Shown here piece after piece: positions 9,102 through 18,271 of a DNA stretch of 64,000 nt. The position numbers and the translations under genes were made by a program. A model generated the notes under the pieces. It was given only the letters and a program-made list of their open reading frames with translations, was not told where the DNA came from and made no database searches. Each line of letters starts with the position of its first letter. Within the stretch, counting starts at the first letter, position 1. The stretch is taken from the NCBI GenBank assembly GCA_037190965.1, contig JBBCKI010000064.1, positions 12,254 to 76,253 on the forward strand, given 5' to 3'. The DNA comes from Chthoniobacteraceae bacterium. Its GTDB lineage: Bacteria > Verrucomicrobiota > Verrucomicrobiia > Chthoniobacterales > Chthoniobacteraceae.

Positions 9102-10220
9102 TCATACCCTTAAACCTCGCAAAGCCAGTTCGGTGGAGGCTTCGCGCGACCGGTCCACGGGCGTTCGTCCCTCCAGCCATTCGGCGAGCTCCATCAGACC
9201 GTCTTCGAAGCGGACGGTCGGTTCATACCCCAGAACGATCCGGGCCAGGGAAATGTCGGCAAAACAGTTGCGAATATCGCCGATCCGATATTCTCCCGTG
9301 GTTTCAGGCTCCAGATTCGAAGTCCCCAATACATCGCCAAGGCTTTCGGCGGCTTCCCTGATCGTGTGGCTGCGGCCGCTCCCGATGTTGAGCGCCTGCC
9401 CCTCCGCGTTGCGCGCTTCCAGGGCAAGCCGCAACGCGCGCACCACATCGCGCACGCTCACGAAATCGCGCCGCTGCTCGCCATCCTCGAGAAGCTGGGG
9501 AGGCTTGCCGTTAAGGTAACGCGCCGCAAAGATCGCCAGCACGCCGGTGTATGGGTTGGAAAGCGCCTGGCGCGGGCCGTAGACATTGAAGAGCCGAAGG
9601 GCGACCGTCGGGATTCCGTAAGCCTCGCCGACGGAAATGCAGAGCTGCTCCATATGGTACTTGGAGATGGCATAAACGCTGGGAGGGCAGGGGGTCTTGC
9701 TTTCCGGCGTCGGCACCGGCGCGAGCGCGTCGCCCAGGCCGTCGCGCACTTCCCAGTCGCGCTTCCGGAGCTGGGAGAGAGAGCGAGGCTTTCCTTCGGC
9801 AAGGATTCCCCCGGCAGTTCGGTATAGCCCCTCGCCATAGAGAGCCATGCTGGAGGCGACGACCAGTTTCTCCACGGGCCGCCGCGCCAGCTCTTCGAGC
9901 AGCACGGCGGTTCCGGTCGCATTGACGCTGGTGAAGTGCGCGATCTCGTACATGCTCTGCCCAACGCCCGCAGTTGCCGCGAGATGGATGACGGCCCGCA
10001 CCCCGGAAAGCGCGCGACGCACGGCATCGGGGTCGCGCATATCCCCGCAGAGGAGTTCAACCTCCCGGTTCAGGTGGTCGGGCCGGGCAGCACGGGAACC
10101 ATGCACCTGCGGACAAAGATTATCGAAGGCACGAACCGAATAGCCGTGCTCCAGAAGTTCGTCGGCAAGATGCGATCCGATAAATCCCGCGCCGCCGGTG
10201 ATTAAGATTTTCGCCGCCAT
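9102..10220 (-). CDS. NAD-dependent nucleotide-sugar epimerase/dehydratase
   Basis: 'ITGGAGFIGSH', 'YAISK' YxxxK motif, 'LRLFNVYGPRQ'. Confidence 0.92.
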   Translation of the reverse strand: MAAKILITGGAGFIGSHLADELLEHGYSVRAFDNLCPQVHGSRAARPDHLNREVELLCGDMRDPDAVRRALSGVRAVIHLAATAGVGQSMYEIAHFTSVNATGTAVLLEELARRPVEKLVVASSMALYGEGLYRTAGGILAEGKPRSLSQLRKRDWEVRDGLGDALAPVPTPESKTPCPPSVYAISKYHMEQLCISVGEAYGIPTVALRLFNVYGPRQALSNPYTGVLAIFAARYLNGKPPQLLEDGEQRRDFVSVRDVVRALRLALEARNAEGQALNIGSGRSHTIREAAESLGDVLGTSNLEPETTGEYRIGDIRNCFADISLARIVLGYEPTVRFEDGLMELAEWLEGRTPVDRSREASTELALRGLRV

Positions 10221-10368
10221 GTCAAACAGCTTCGAACGCGGGGCAGGGGATCACGGGCCTGAGCCGTGGCTCCAGCAAACCCCGCTGGGATTTTTTTGCC
10301 GGGTCAGTGGGAAAGAAGGGGCCACCCGGCAGCAGGATCACGATCTATTTGGAGAGCCGGGAACACGT

Positions 10369-11934
10369 ATGAAACCTTCTTTAAATCCATCGGTATGGGA
10401 ATCAGATTGGTCCAGGGCCGATGCGATGCCGCTGACGCGCGGAATGGAGGCCGATGTCTGCATTGTGGGCGCGGGGATTGCCGGGCTGAGCACCGGTTAT
10501 CTGCTCGCACGGCAGGGACAATCGGTCGTGATTCTCGATGCGGGTCTGCCGGGCGGCGGCGAAACCGCGCACACGACGGCGCACCTCTCCAACGCCATCG
10601 ATGCCCGCTACTTCGAAATGGCCCGTATTCACGGTTCCGAAGGGGCTCGCCTGATCGCGGAGAGCCATACAGCGGCCATTGCGCGGATCGAGGAGGCGGT
10701 CAGGACGGAAAATATCTCGTGCGATTTTGAGCGGGTGAACGGTTATCTGTTTGCCCCTCCGCCTTCACCGCTTCGGGAGGAGGATAAAGAGATTCTCGAC
10801 CGCGAACTGATCGCCGCCCATGAGGCGGGTCTCGGCACGGTCGACAAGCTCGATGAAGCGCCGATCCCGGATTTCGACACCGGCCCGTGTCTCCTGTTTC
10901 CGCAACAGGCGCAGATCCATCCGCTGAAATACCTGGCGGGGCTGCGCGCGGCGTTTCTGCGCAACGGCGGCAAGCTCTATGGGCATACCCATGTCAAAAG
11001 CGTGACAGGCGGCGATGAGGGGTGCGTCAGGACGGCGGATGGTAAAACCGTCCGTGCCGGTCATTTTGTGGTGGCCACGAACACTCCCATAAACGACGTC
11101 GTGGCGATCCATGCCAAGCAGACCCCTTATCGAACCTATGTCATCGGCGCGGAGGTGCCCAGGGGGTCAGTCAAGCACGCGCTGTTCTGGGACACGCTCG
11201 ACCCTTATCACTATGTGCGAATCCAGGAAGGGCCGACTGGCGATCTGCTGCTCGTCGGAGGGGAGGATCACAAGACCGGGCAGGCCGACGACGCCGCAAT
11301 CCGGTTTGCCCGGCTGGAACGCTGGGCTCGGGAGCGATTCCCCATGATCCTTGGCGTGCCGTACCGCTGGTCCGGGCAGACCATCGAAACGGTGGACGGG
11401 ATCGCCTTCATCGGCCGCAACCCGATGGACAAGCGTAATGTCTATATCGCGACGGGCGATTGCGGGATGGGGATGACGCATGGCACCATCGCGGGAATGC
11501 TCCTCACGGACATGATCATGGGGCGCGCCAATCGCTGGGAGCCAATCTATGATCCCGCGCGAAAACTGCGGGGATCGATGGGCGAGCTGGCCAAACAGAA
11601 TCTCAATGTCGCCGCCCGCTACAGTGACTATGTGACGGCGGGAGATGTCGCCGACGAAGCCGATATCCCTGTCAATAGCGGCGCGGTCGTGCGGGAGGGG
11701 TTTCGAAAAGTGGCGGTCTATCGCGATACGGGCGGCATATGCCATCATTTCTCGGCGGTCTGCCCTCACTTGAAGTGCCTGGTGCATTGGAATACGCTGG
11801 AGAAGACGTGGGACTGCCCCTGCCACGGCTCGCGCTTCAGCGCCACGGGCGAGGTCCTCAACGGCCCCGCCATTTCCAATCTGGAGTGTCTCGATCAACC
11901 TGCTGAAAAACAGCCTAACATTTCCACACGATGA
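10369..11934 (+). CDS. FAD-dependent oxidoreductase with C-terminal Rieske domain (YhfW-like)
   Basis: 'IVGAGIAG' FAD motif; Rieske 'CPHLKC...WDCPCHGSRF'. Confidence 0.9.
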   Translation: MKPSLNPSVWESDWSRADAMPLTRGMEADVCIVGAGIAGLSTGYLLARQGQSVVILDAGLPGGGETAHTTAHLSNAIDARYFEMARIHGSEGARLIAESHTAAIARIEEAVRTENISCDFERVNGYLFAPPPSPLREEDKEILDRELIAAHEAGLGTVDKLDEAPIPDFDTGPCLLFPQQAQIHPLKYLAGLRAAFLRNGGKLYGHTHVKSVTGGDEGCVRTADGKTVRAGHFVVATNTPINDVVAIHAKQTPYRTYVIGAEVPRGSVKHALFWDTLDPYHYVRIQEGPTGDLLLVGGEDHKTGQADDAAIRFARLERWARERFPMILGVPYRWSGQTIETVDGIAFIGRNPMDKRNVYIATGDCGMGMTHGTIAGMLLTDMIMGRANRWEPIYDPARKLRGSMGELAKQNLNVAARYSDYVTAGDVADEADIPVNSGAVVREGFRKVAVYRDTGGICHHFSAVCPHLKCLVHWNTLEKTWDCPCHGSRFSATGEVLNGPAISNLECLDQPAEKQPNISTR

Positions 11935-12602
11935 GTCGTTGGCTATACATGCTGAAGCCGTACCGCAACCTGGGCGATACCGAGCGGTTGCTTTCGGGGA
12001 TCGCGGGAACGGCCCTCATTCTCGGGAGCTTGCGCGAGCGCGGAACGCGCGGCTGGTTCCTGGCGATCTTCGGCTACGCGCTGTATCTGCGCGGGTTTAC
12101 CGGCAATTCCAAGTTGTATCAACTGCTGGGGCATACCCGCGTCGGGCCGCCGCTGACGGATGAGGCTTACGGCATTCATGTGCATCGCACGTTCCTGATC
12201 AATCGGCCTGTCGCCGATGTCTACCGGGCCTGGCGCAATTTCGAAAACCTGCCGCATTTCATGTCGCATCTGGAGCGGGTCACCGTCCTGAGCCCCCTCC
12301 GTTCGCGCTGGGTGGCCAAAGCCCCAGCGGGCCTGCATGTCACGTGGGATGCGGAGATCGTCGAGGAAAAACCCAACGCGCTCATCGCCTGGCGTTCACT
12401 GGACAATGCCGATGTCGACAACGCCGGAAAGATTTTCTTTCGCGATCTTAATGGCGTGACGGAAATCGAGGTCATGCTTCACTACAGCCCGCCGGGAGGC
12501 CGCCCCGGCGCGGCTTTGGCGCGGCTGTTCCAAGAGGAGCCGACGCGGCAGATCGAGTTGGACCTCCTTCGCTTCAAGCACATGATGGAAGTGGCGGGGT
12601 AG
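11931..12602 (+). CDS. SRPBCC/polyketide cyclase family protein with N-terminal membrane (DUF2892-like) segment
   Basis: 'NLGDTERLLS', 'INRPVADVYRAWRNFENLPHFMSHL'; 4-bp overlap with the upstream gene. Confidence 0.85.
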   Translation: MSRWLYMLKPYRNLGDTERLLSGIAGTALILGSLRERGTRGWFLAIFGYALYLRGFTGNSKLYQLLGHTRVGPPLTDEAYGIHVHRTFLINRPVADVYRAWRNFENLPHFMSHLERVTVLSPLRSRWVAKAPAGLHVTWDAEIVEEKPNALIAWRSLDNADVDNAGKIFFRDLNGVTEIEVMLHYSPPGGRPGAALARLFQEEPTRQIELDLLRFKHMMEVAG

Positions 12603-12692
12603 AGCGGTTTAATGAATTCTGTAGCCATTGCTTTGCGGCGGCGCGGGCCGTTGCGCGGCTATTCAAGCTCGGGCAGTATCTAAGCCGTCAGT

Positions 12693-14228
12693 TTACGCGT
12701 GGCAGCGATGAGCCCATGCGTGCATTGCGGCCTCGTAGATCACGCGGAGCGGTTTGCCGGTAAGCTCGGAGGCGGCCCGGCATGATTCGAACTCCGGCGC
12801 GGCTTGAATCACTTCGTTGCCCCGCAGACCCAGCTTTACGATGATTTCGCCAAAGGGGGTGGCTACGGTTTGGAACTTGCGATCCAGCTTCCAGCGTTCC
12901 ACTCGATCAAGCCGAAGGCCGAACGAGGTGGTTTCGGTGAAAAGGAGGTCGGCGATTTTTGAGAGACCCGCTTCCTCGCACAGCACGGTCAACTGCACGC
13001 CGGGACGATTCTTTTTCATCTGGATCGGCGTCAGGAATACGTCAAGCGCACCCGCCGCGAAGAGTTTATCCACGGTCGCGCCGGTGATTTCCGGCGAGAG
13101 ATCGTCGAGGTTGGTCTCGATCCGCGCGATCGTGTCGGTTTGGTAGGCGGATGCGTCGTTGGGAGCCTCCATTTCGCCGATCACGGCCCGCAACACGTTG
13201 GGGCGGGAGGGGATGACGCGCGAGCCGATGCCGTAGCCGATCTTTTCGACCTTCAATCGCGGCATCGTCCCGAACGACTCGCCAAACTCCGCCACAATGG
13301 CGGCTCCCGTTGGGGTAATGAATTCGAACGGTTCGTCGATCTGCGAGACGGGGATTCTCTGCAGAATCTCCAGCGTCGCGGCGGCGGGGATCGGGAATCG
13401 GCCATGGGCGCAGTCGACCCAGCCTCGTCCGTCGTGCAGCGAAGAGACGAGCACTTTTTCGATGCCTAGTGTTTCGATGCCGACGCACGCGCAGATAATA
13501 TCGGCGATGGAATCGAGCGCGCCCACTTCATGGAACCCGACCTCCTCGGGCGGCTTGCCGTGAATCTTGCCTTCGGCGACGGCGACGCGATGGAAAATGG
13601 AGAGCGAGTGTTTTTTGACAAAAGGAGAAAGATCGCTCTGCTCGATCAATGCGCGGATTTCCGCGTAGCTGCGGCCATGATCGTGATCATGATCATGTGT
13701 ATGGCCATGGGCATGGGTATGGGAATGCCCATGCGTGTGCTCATGGCTATGGTGATGCCCGTGCTCATGCTCGCCATGCGAATGGCCATGGCAGCAGTGG
13801 CTGTGATCGCCGTGATCGTGGGCGTGATCGCCATGGTTGCAATGCTCATGGGAATGTCCCCCCTCCGCGTGTTCGTGAGGATGCTCGTCGTGGCTATGGC
13901 CATGGCAGCAGGTCTCGCCGTGTTCGTGGGAGTGCGTGTGCGAATGGCTGTGTGGGTGAGAATGCCCTTCTTCCCCGTGCCCATGACAACAGTGGTGTTC
14001 CTCATGCTCGTCCTGATCGTGGGTATGGGTGGCCCCTTCATGGATGCTGAACTTCACCCCTTCAATGGCCTGCCTCTGCTTCCGCTCAAAGTGCATGTGG
14101 AAGTCGCCAATCTCCAGCTTGGCCAACTCCCACTCAAGAGTGGAGGGTTTAACGCCCAGGTCGCAAAGAGCGCCGACGGTCATGTCGCCGCTGATGCCGG
14201 AAAAGCAATCGAGAAAGAGAACGCGCAT
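12693..14228 (-). CDS. larC: Nickel pincer cofactor biosynthesis protein LarC with long His/Cys-rich insert
   Basis: 'FLDCFSGISGDMTVGAL', 'FHEVGALDSIADI', 'TPTGAAI', 'ETNLDD', 'MKKNRPG'. Confidence 0.92.
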   Translation of the reverse strand: MRVLFLDCFSGISGDMTVGALCDLGVKPSTLEWELAKLEIGDFHMHFERKQRQAIEGVKFSIHEGATHTHDQDEHEEHHCCHGHGEEGHSHPHSHSHTHSHEHGETCCHGHSHDEHPHEHAEGGHSHEHCNHGDHAHDHGDHSHCCHGHSHGEHEHGHHHSHEHTHGHSHTHAHGHTHDHDHDHGRSYAEIRALIEQSDLSPFVKKHSLSIFHRVAVAEGKIHGKPPEEVGFHEVGALDSIADIICACVGIETLGIEKVLVSSLHDGRGWVDCAHGRFPIPAAATLEILQRIPVSQIDEPFEFITPTGAAIVAEFGESFGTMPRLKVEKIGYGIGSRVIPSRPNVLRAVIGEMEAPNDASAYQTDTIARIETNLDDLSPEITGATVDKLFAAGALDVFLTPIQMKKNRPGVQLTVLCEEAGLSKIADLLFTETTSFGLRLDRVERWKLDRKFQTVATPFGEIIVKLGLRGNEVIQAAPEFESCRAASELTGKPLRVIYEAAMHAWAHRCHA

Positions 14229-14261
14229 AGGTGAATCAGGGAAGTTAAGGTCTGTGAATCG

Positions 14262-14813
14262 TCAAAGCGAGCGTTGGATATCATAAATGACGTCCTCTTC
14301 GATTTGGGAGAGGGCGTCGGTCAGCTTGTCGTCCAGCGCCAAGGAACGTCGGGTAGAGATCTGGATTTTTTCACTCTCCAGTTGCCCGGAATACCAATGC
14401 AATAAGAGCCCAACGGAGGGGGAGCCGGTTTCCTTGATGAGATGCTCGATCAGCTCGGACCACAATCTACATCCTTCGAACGCCGCTTCTTCGTCCGTTC
14501 GGGACTGGCGTTTCGAGACGGATTGTCTTTGGCGGCTCCAGCGCTGAATCTTTGCGTCGCTCCAGCCCTTCTTGCGGAGCTGGGCTGTTGAGTCGGTGAC
14601 CTCCTTGCCAGCTCGCCTCGCGAGTAACCCCAGAGCTGTACCGCAATCGCAGTTTCCACCGGAAGGATGGACGGTAATCTCTCCCGGGCGAAGGCTGCTT
14701 TGAAGATAGGGGTTATTCAGCGGCTGCAACCGACGATGAAATCGGTTGGCCGCTTGTTTCGCCGCAGAAAGTAAATCCTGGGAAGGAAGGGTCAGCGCAA
14801 TGAAGTGGCACAT
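14262..14813 (-). CDS. Hypothetical protein
   Basis: 183-aa ORF filling the hisA-larC gap; 'CDCGT' motif. Confidence 0.65.
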   Translation of the reverse strand: MCHFIALTLPSQDLLSAAKQAANRFHRRLQPLNNPYLQSSLRPGEITVHPSGGNCDCGTALGLLARRAGKEVTDSTAQLRKKGWSDAKIQRWSRQRQSVSKRQSRTDEEAAFEGCRLWSELIEHLIKETGSPSVGLLLHWYSGQLESEKIQISTRRSLALDDKLTDALSQIEEDVIYDIQRSL

Positions 14814-14838
14814 ATCCTTCAGCCACCTGTGGGCATGG

Positions 14839-15564
14839 TCAGGCTTTCTTCAACTCCTTCACCAACTTCGGCAGGTCAATCTTATCGTCGTAGAGCGCCT
14901 TGCCGATGATCACGCCGTAGAGGCCCTGCATTTTGTTGAGCCGGATGACGTCCGCCGCACTGGAGACGCCGCCGCTGGCGATGAGCTGACATTTGAGCTG
15001 CCCAAGAAGGTTTTCCATCTCCGCGAAGTTCGGGCCTTCGAGCATTCCGTCGGTGGCGATGTCGGTGTAGATCAACGTGCCTGCTCCTGCCGCTTCCACC
15101 TGCAAGGCGAGATCGATGGCGCGGACGCCTGCGGACTCAGTCCACCCTTTGACGGAGACGATGCCGTCACGGGCGTCGATGCCGACGGCGATTCGCTCTC
15201 CTCCAAATTTAGCGGCCATTTTGGCGACGAAATCGACCGATTCCGCCGCGCGGGTGCCGATGACGATGCGGGAGACTCCGGCGTCGAAGGCGCAGGCGAT
15301 GGCTTCCTCGCTCCGCATGCCGCCGCCGAGTTCGCACGGGATCCCGGCGGTCTGGGTAATGGCGCGCACGGCGTCGAGGTTCTTGTTCACGCCGGTGAAG
15401 GCGGCGTCGAGATCGACGATGTGAAGGTAGTCGCCCCCTTCATCGGCCCACTTCTTGGCGAAAGCGGCGGGGTCGTTGGAGTAAACGGTTTTCTGGTCGG
15501 CTTTGCCTTGGCGAAGGCGGACGACCTGGCCGTCCATAAGGTCAATGGCGGGAAGGAGAATCAT
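14839..15564 (-). CDS. hisA: ProFAR isomerase HisA
   Basis: 'PAIDLMDGQVVRLRQG', 'LHIVDLDAAF', 'YTDIATDGMLEGPN'. Confidence 0.95.
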   Translation of the reverse strand: MILLPAIDLMDGQVVRLRQGKADQKTVYSNDPAAFAKKWADEGGDYLHIVDLDAAFTGVNKNLDAVRAITQTAGIPCELGGGMRSEEAIACAFDAGVSRIVIGTRAAESVDFVAKMAAKFGGERIAVGIDARDGIVSVKGWTESAGVRAIDLALQVEAAGAGTLIYTDIATDGMLEGPNFAEMENLLGQLKCQLIASGGVSSAADVIRLNKMQGLYGVIIGKALYDDKIDLPKLVKELKKA

Positions 15565-15573
15565 AAATGGAAA

Positions 15574-16275
15574 TTAGGCCCGAGCTGAATGCGCCGGGCG
15601 GGTGAGATTATTCCTCGAGTTTGAGGCCGACTGATCGAGTTTGAGGCCGACTGATTTAGGTACAGGGACGGATTCGACGAAATTACGCAAGATCCCGAGC
15701 CCAACGCTCTGGCTTTTCTCCGGGTGAAATTGCACCCCGGCCACCTTGCCACTCGCGGCGCTGGCGGCAAAGACTTCGCCGTAGTCCGAGGTGGAGGTGG
15801 TCTTCCCGGGCTCGCTCGGGACCGGATAGTACGAGTGGACAAAAAAGACGTGCGGGTTCTCCGGCAGTCCCTTCCAAAGGAAATGGTCGGGTTGGGTGAG
15901 GGCGAGGGCGTTCCAGCCGATCTGCGGCACTTTCAAGCCGGGGGTGGAGAACCGGGTGACTTTGCCCTTGAAAAAGCCGAAGCCGCGCGCGCCGTCGGTG
16001 GCTTCCTCGCTCTCTTCAAAGAGGAGTTGATAGCCGACGCAGATGCCGAGGAACGGTTTCCCGCTTTCCAGCCATTCTGCCAGCGGCTCCCAGAGGCCAC
16101 GGGAGCGGATGCCCTGGACGCAATCCGAGAACGCGCCGACACCGGGGAGCACCACGGCACTAGCTTTGTCAATTGCGTCGGCGGTGCTGACAAGTTGGAC
16201 ATCGGCGCCCTCGTGTTCGAAGGCCTTTTGGACGCTGCGGATGTTGCCGCTGCCGTAGTCGATCAACGCGATCAT
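15574..16275 (-). CDS. hisH: Imidazole glycerol phosphate synthase subunit HisH
   Basis: 'IDYGSGNIRSV', 'LPGVGAF', 'GICVG', 'QFHPEKS'. Confidence 0.95.
   Translation of the reverse strand: MIALIDYGSGNIRSVQKAFEHEGADVQLVSTADAIDKASAVVLPGVGAFSDCVQGIRSRGLWEPLAEWLESGKPFLGICVGYQLLFEESEEATDGARGFGFFKGKVTRFSTPGLKVPQIGWNALALTQPDHFLWKGLPENPHVFFVHSYYPVPSEPGKTTSTSDYGEVFAASAASGKVAGVQFHPEKSQSVGLGILRNFVESVPVPKSVGLKLDQSASNSRNNLTRPAHSARA
15615..15654. repeat. Perfect 20-bp tandem duplication (TCGAGTTTGAGGCCGACTGA x2) in the hisH 3' end
   Basis: Read directly from the sequence. Confidence 0.95.
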
Positions 16276-16278
16276 TGG

Positions 16279-16878
16279 CTAGAGGACCCCCTTCGTGCTT
16301 GGGATGCCTTGAACGCGAGGGTCCTGCTGCGCGGCTTGATCGGCGGCGCGGGCGAGCGCTTTGAAGACTGACTCCGCCATGTGATGGGCGTCGCGGCCGT
16401 AAAGGATCTCAATATGGACGTTGGAGGCGCTGTGAACGGAGAAGCCGCGCAGAAACTCCTCCACCAGTTGGAAGGGGAAGAGCCCGATGGCTTCAACGCC
16501 GCGAGGGGCGCGATATTCCAGGAAGGGGCGTCCGCTGAAGTCAACGACGGCGCGGGTGAGCGTTTCGTCCATCGGGACGTAGGCGGAGCCATAACGGCGG
16601 ATGCCGCTCTTGTCGCCAAGGGCCTTGGCAAACGCGTTGCCGAGGGCGATGCCGACATCCTCCACGGTGTGATGAAAATCGACTTCGATATCGCCATCCG
16701 CCACGACGTCGAGGTCGAAAAGGCCATGCCGGGCGAAGAGCGTGAGCATGTGGTCGAAGAAAGGGATCTTCGTCGCGATGCGGCTCTTGCCGCATCCGTC
16801 CACGGTGAGCTGGATGGATATGCGGGTTTCGGCGGTGTTGCGTTCGACGCTGGCGGAACGGGTCATCAGGCTACTCAT
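16279..16878 (-). CDS. hisB: Imidazoleglycerol-phosphate dehydratase HisB
   Basis: 'FFDHML', 'HHTVEDVGI', 'DAHHMAESVFKA', 'PSTKGVL'. Confidence 0.96.
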   Translation of the reverse strand: MSSLMTRSASVERNTAETRISIQLTVDGCGKSRIATKIPFFDHMLTLFARHGLFDLDVVADGDIEVDFHHTVEDVGIALGNAFAKALGDKSGIRRYGSAYVPMDETLTRAVVDFSGRPFLEYRAPRGVEAIGLFPFQLVEEFLRGFSVHSASNVHIEILYGRDAHHMAESVFKALARAADQAAQQDPRVQGIPSTKGVL

Positions 16879-16968
16879 AGCGGGTCTGGAAACTTTTCCA
16901 AGCCCGGAAAAGGACCTTGGCTGAGCGGCTGTTCGGAGGATCGGCGACCGTGCTGCCGTATCTTTTCG

Positions 16969-18129
16969 CTACTTGGCCGGAGCCGTGGCGGCTTGGGCCG
17001 CCGGAGCTGCGGGAGCCGCCGGGACTGCTTCCTTCACCGGTTCGGGCGTCGGAGCGGGAGCGGCGAGTTCCGCTTTGAGGGTCGCCAGCGCGGGATTGAG
17101 CCTTACCAGCATTTCATTGGCCGTCCAGAGGGACTGGGCTTCCTTGAGTTTTGCTTCGGCGGGTTCGGCGTTTCGCGCGGCGATCTCCTTGGCGGCCTCC
17201 TCGGCCATGGCGATGCTCTTCTCCATGGGAGCGAGATCGAGCCCCTTTAGCCGCGTCAGCTCCGTACCGATGGTTTGCTTGAGATCCGTAGTGCTCTTCG
17301 CGGAGATCGGAAGGAACGGCTTCCACTTGGCGGTGGATTGGGTGACAGCTGCCTCGGCTTTGGCGATGGCGTCGTCGTGCGCGGCAATCATGCGGCTCTT
17401 TTCCGGCTCCACCGCGAGAACGATCCCTTCGCTGAACTGCTGTTCCCGGGTCTTAATGATCGGGATCATCCGGTCGATCTCGCCATTGAGTCGCGGAATA
17501 ACGGAGAGCGCAAACTTGACGCTTTCCGGGAAGGCTGTCGAGCCCGGGAAGGCGCGTTCCAGCCGGTCGCAAACATTGAGCGCACCGACATAATCACCCC
17601 GCGTGGCCAACTCCCGCGCCTGGGCCAGCAACTGTTGGGCGTTGATCTGGTAACTGTTGGCCTGGGCTTCGGCAGCCGTGTACCAGCGGTTGTTCCATTT
17701 AAGTTCCTTCTTGGCGACGCGAGCTTTTTCCTCTTTCAGGGTCTCGATCTGGTTTTTGGCGTTCTGATGATGCCCGCTATCCGGGAATTTTTTCAGGAAC
17801 CCCTGGAAAGCCGCGATTGCCGAGTCATAAGCCGCCAGCGACAGAGAGTTGGGGCCCGGCCTGAATCGCTGGAGACTCTCATAAGCGAGATTGTCGCGGG
17901 GTGTCTTAACAACTCCTTTGACCTCGCTCTTTTCAAAAGTCATCTCATCGGTGATTCCGTCCGAGACCTGCACGGTCATGACCCAATGGGTTTCCGTCTC
18001 GTTTTGGATGAAGCCTTCGAATTCCTCGCCACTTTTGAGGGTGATGCTGTCGCCGCGGGATGAGGAGAGCGGGGAGGCGAAGAGCGCGCAGGTAAGAACG
18101 AGGCTGAGTGGGAATGAAACCTTGACCAT
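16969..18129 (-). CDS. Secreted hypothetical helical protein
   Basis: Signal peptide followed by 'DSITLKSGEEFEG'; Ala/Pro-rich tail. Confidence 0.7.
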   Translation of the reverse strand: MVKVSFPLSLVLTCALFASPLSSSRGDSITLKSGEEFEGFIQNETETHWVMTVQVSDGITDEMTFEKSEVKGVVKTPRDNLAYESLQRFRPGPNSLSLAAYDSAIAAFQGFLKKFPDSGHHQNAKNQIETLKEEKARVAKKELKWNNRWYTAAEAQANSYQINAQQLLAQARELATRGDYVGALNVCDRLERAFPGSTAFPESVKFALSVIPRLNGEIDRMIPIIKTREQQFSEGIVLAVEPEKSRMIAAHDDAIAKAEAAVTQSTAKWKPFLPISAKSTTDLKQTIGTELTRLKGLDLAPMEKSIAMAEEAAKEIAARNAEPAEAKLKEAQSLWTANEMLVRLNPALATLKAELAAPAPTPEPVKEAVPAAPAAPAAQAATAPAK

Positions 18130-18271
18130 GGGGGATGGAATCTGAAACCGCGATTTTGTCTCGGGAAAAGAATTTGGAAAGGGAATTTTAGAGCTAGGCG
18201 ATTTAAATCGGCATCGGCAAGTCTGGCCCCTCAAAGAGAGCAAAGATAATGCCATAAGGCGCTCCACGTCA

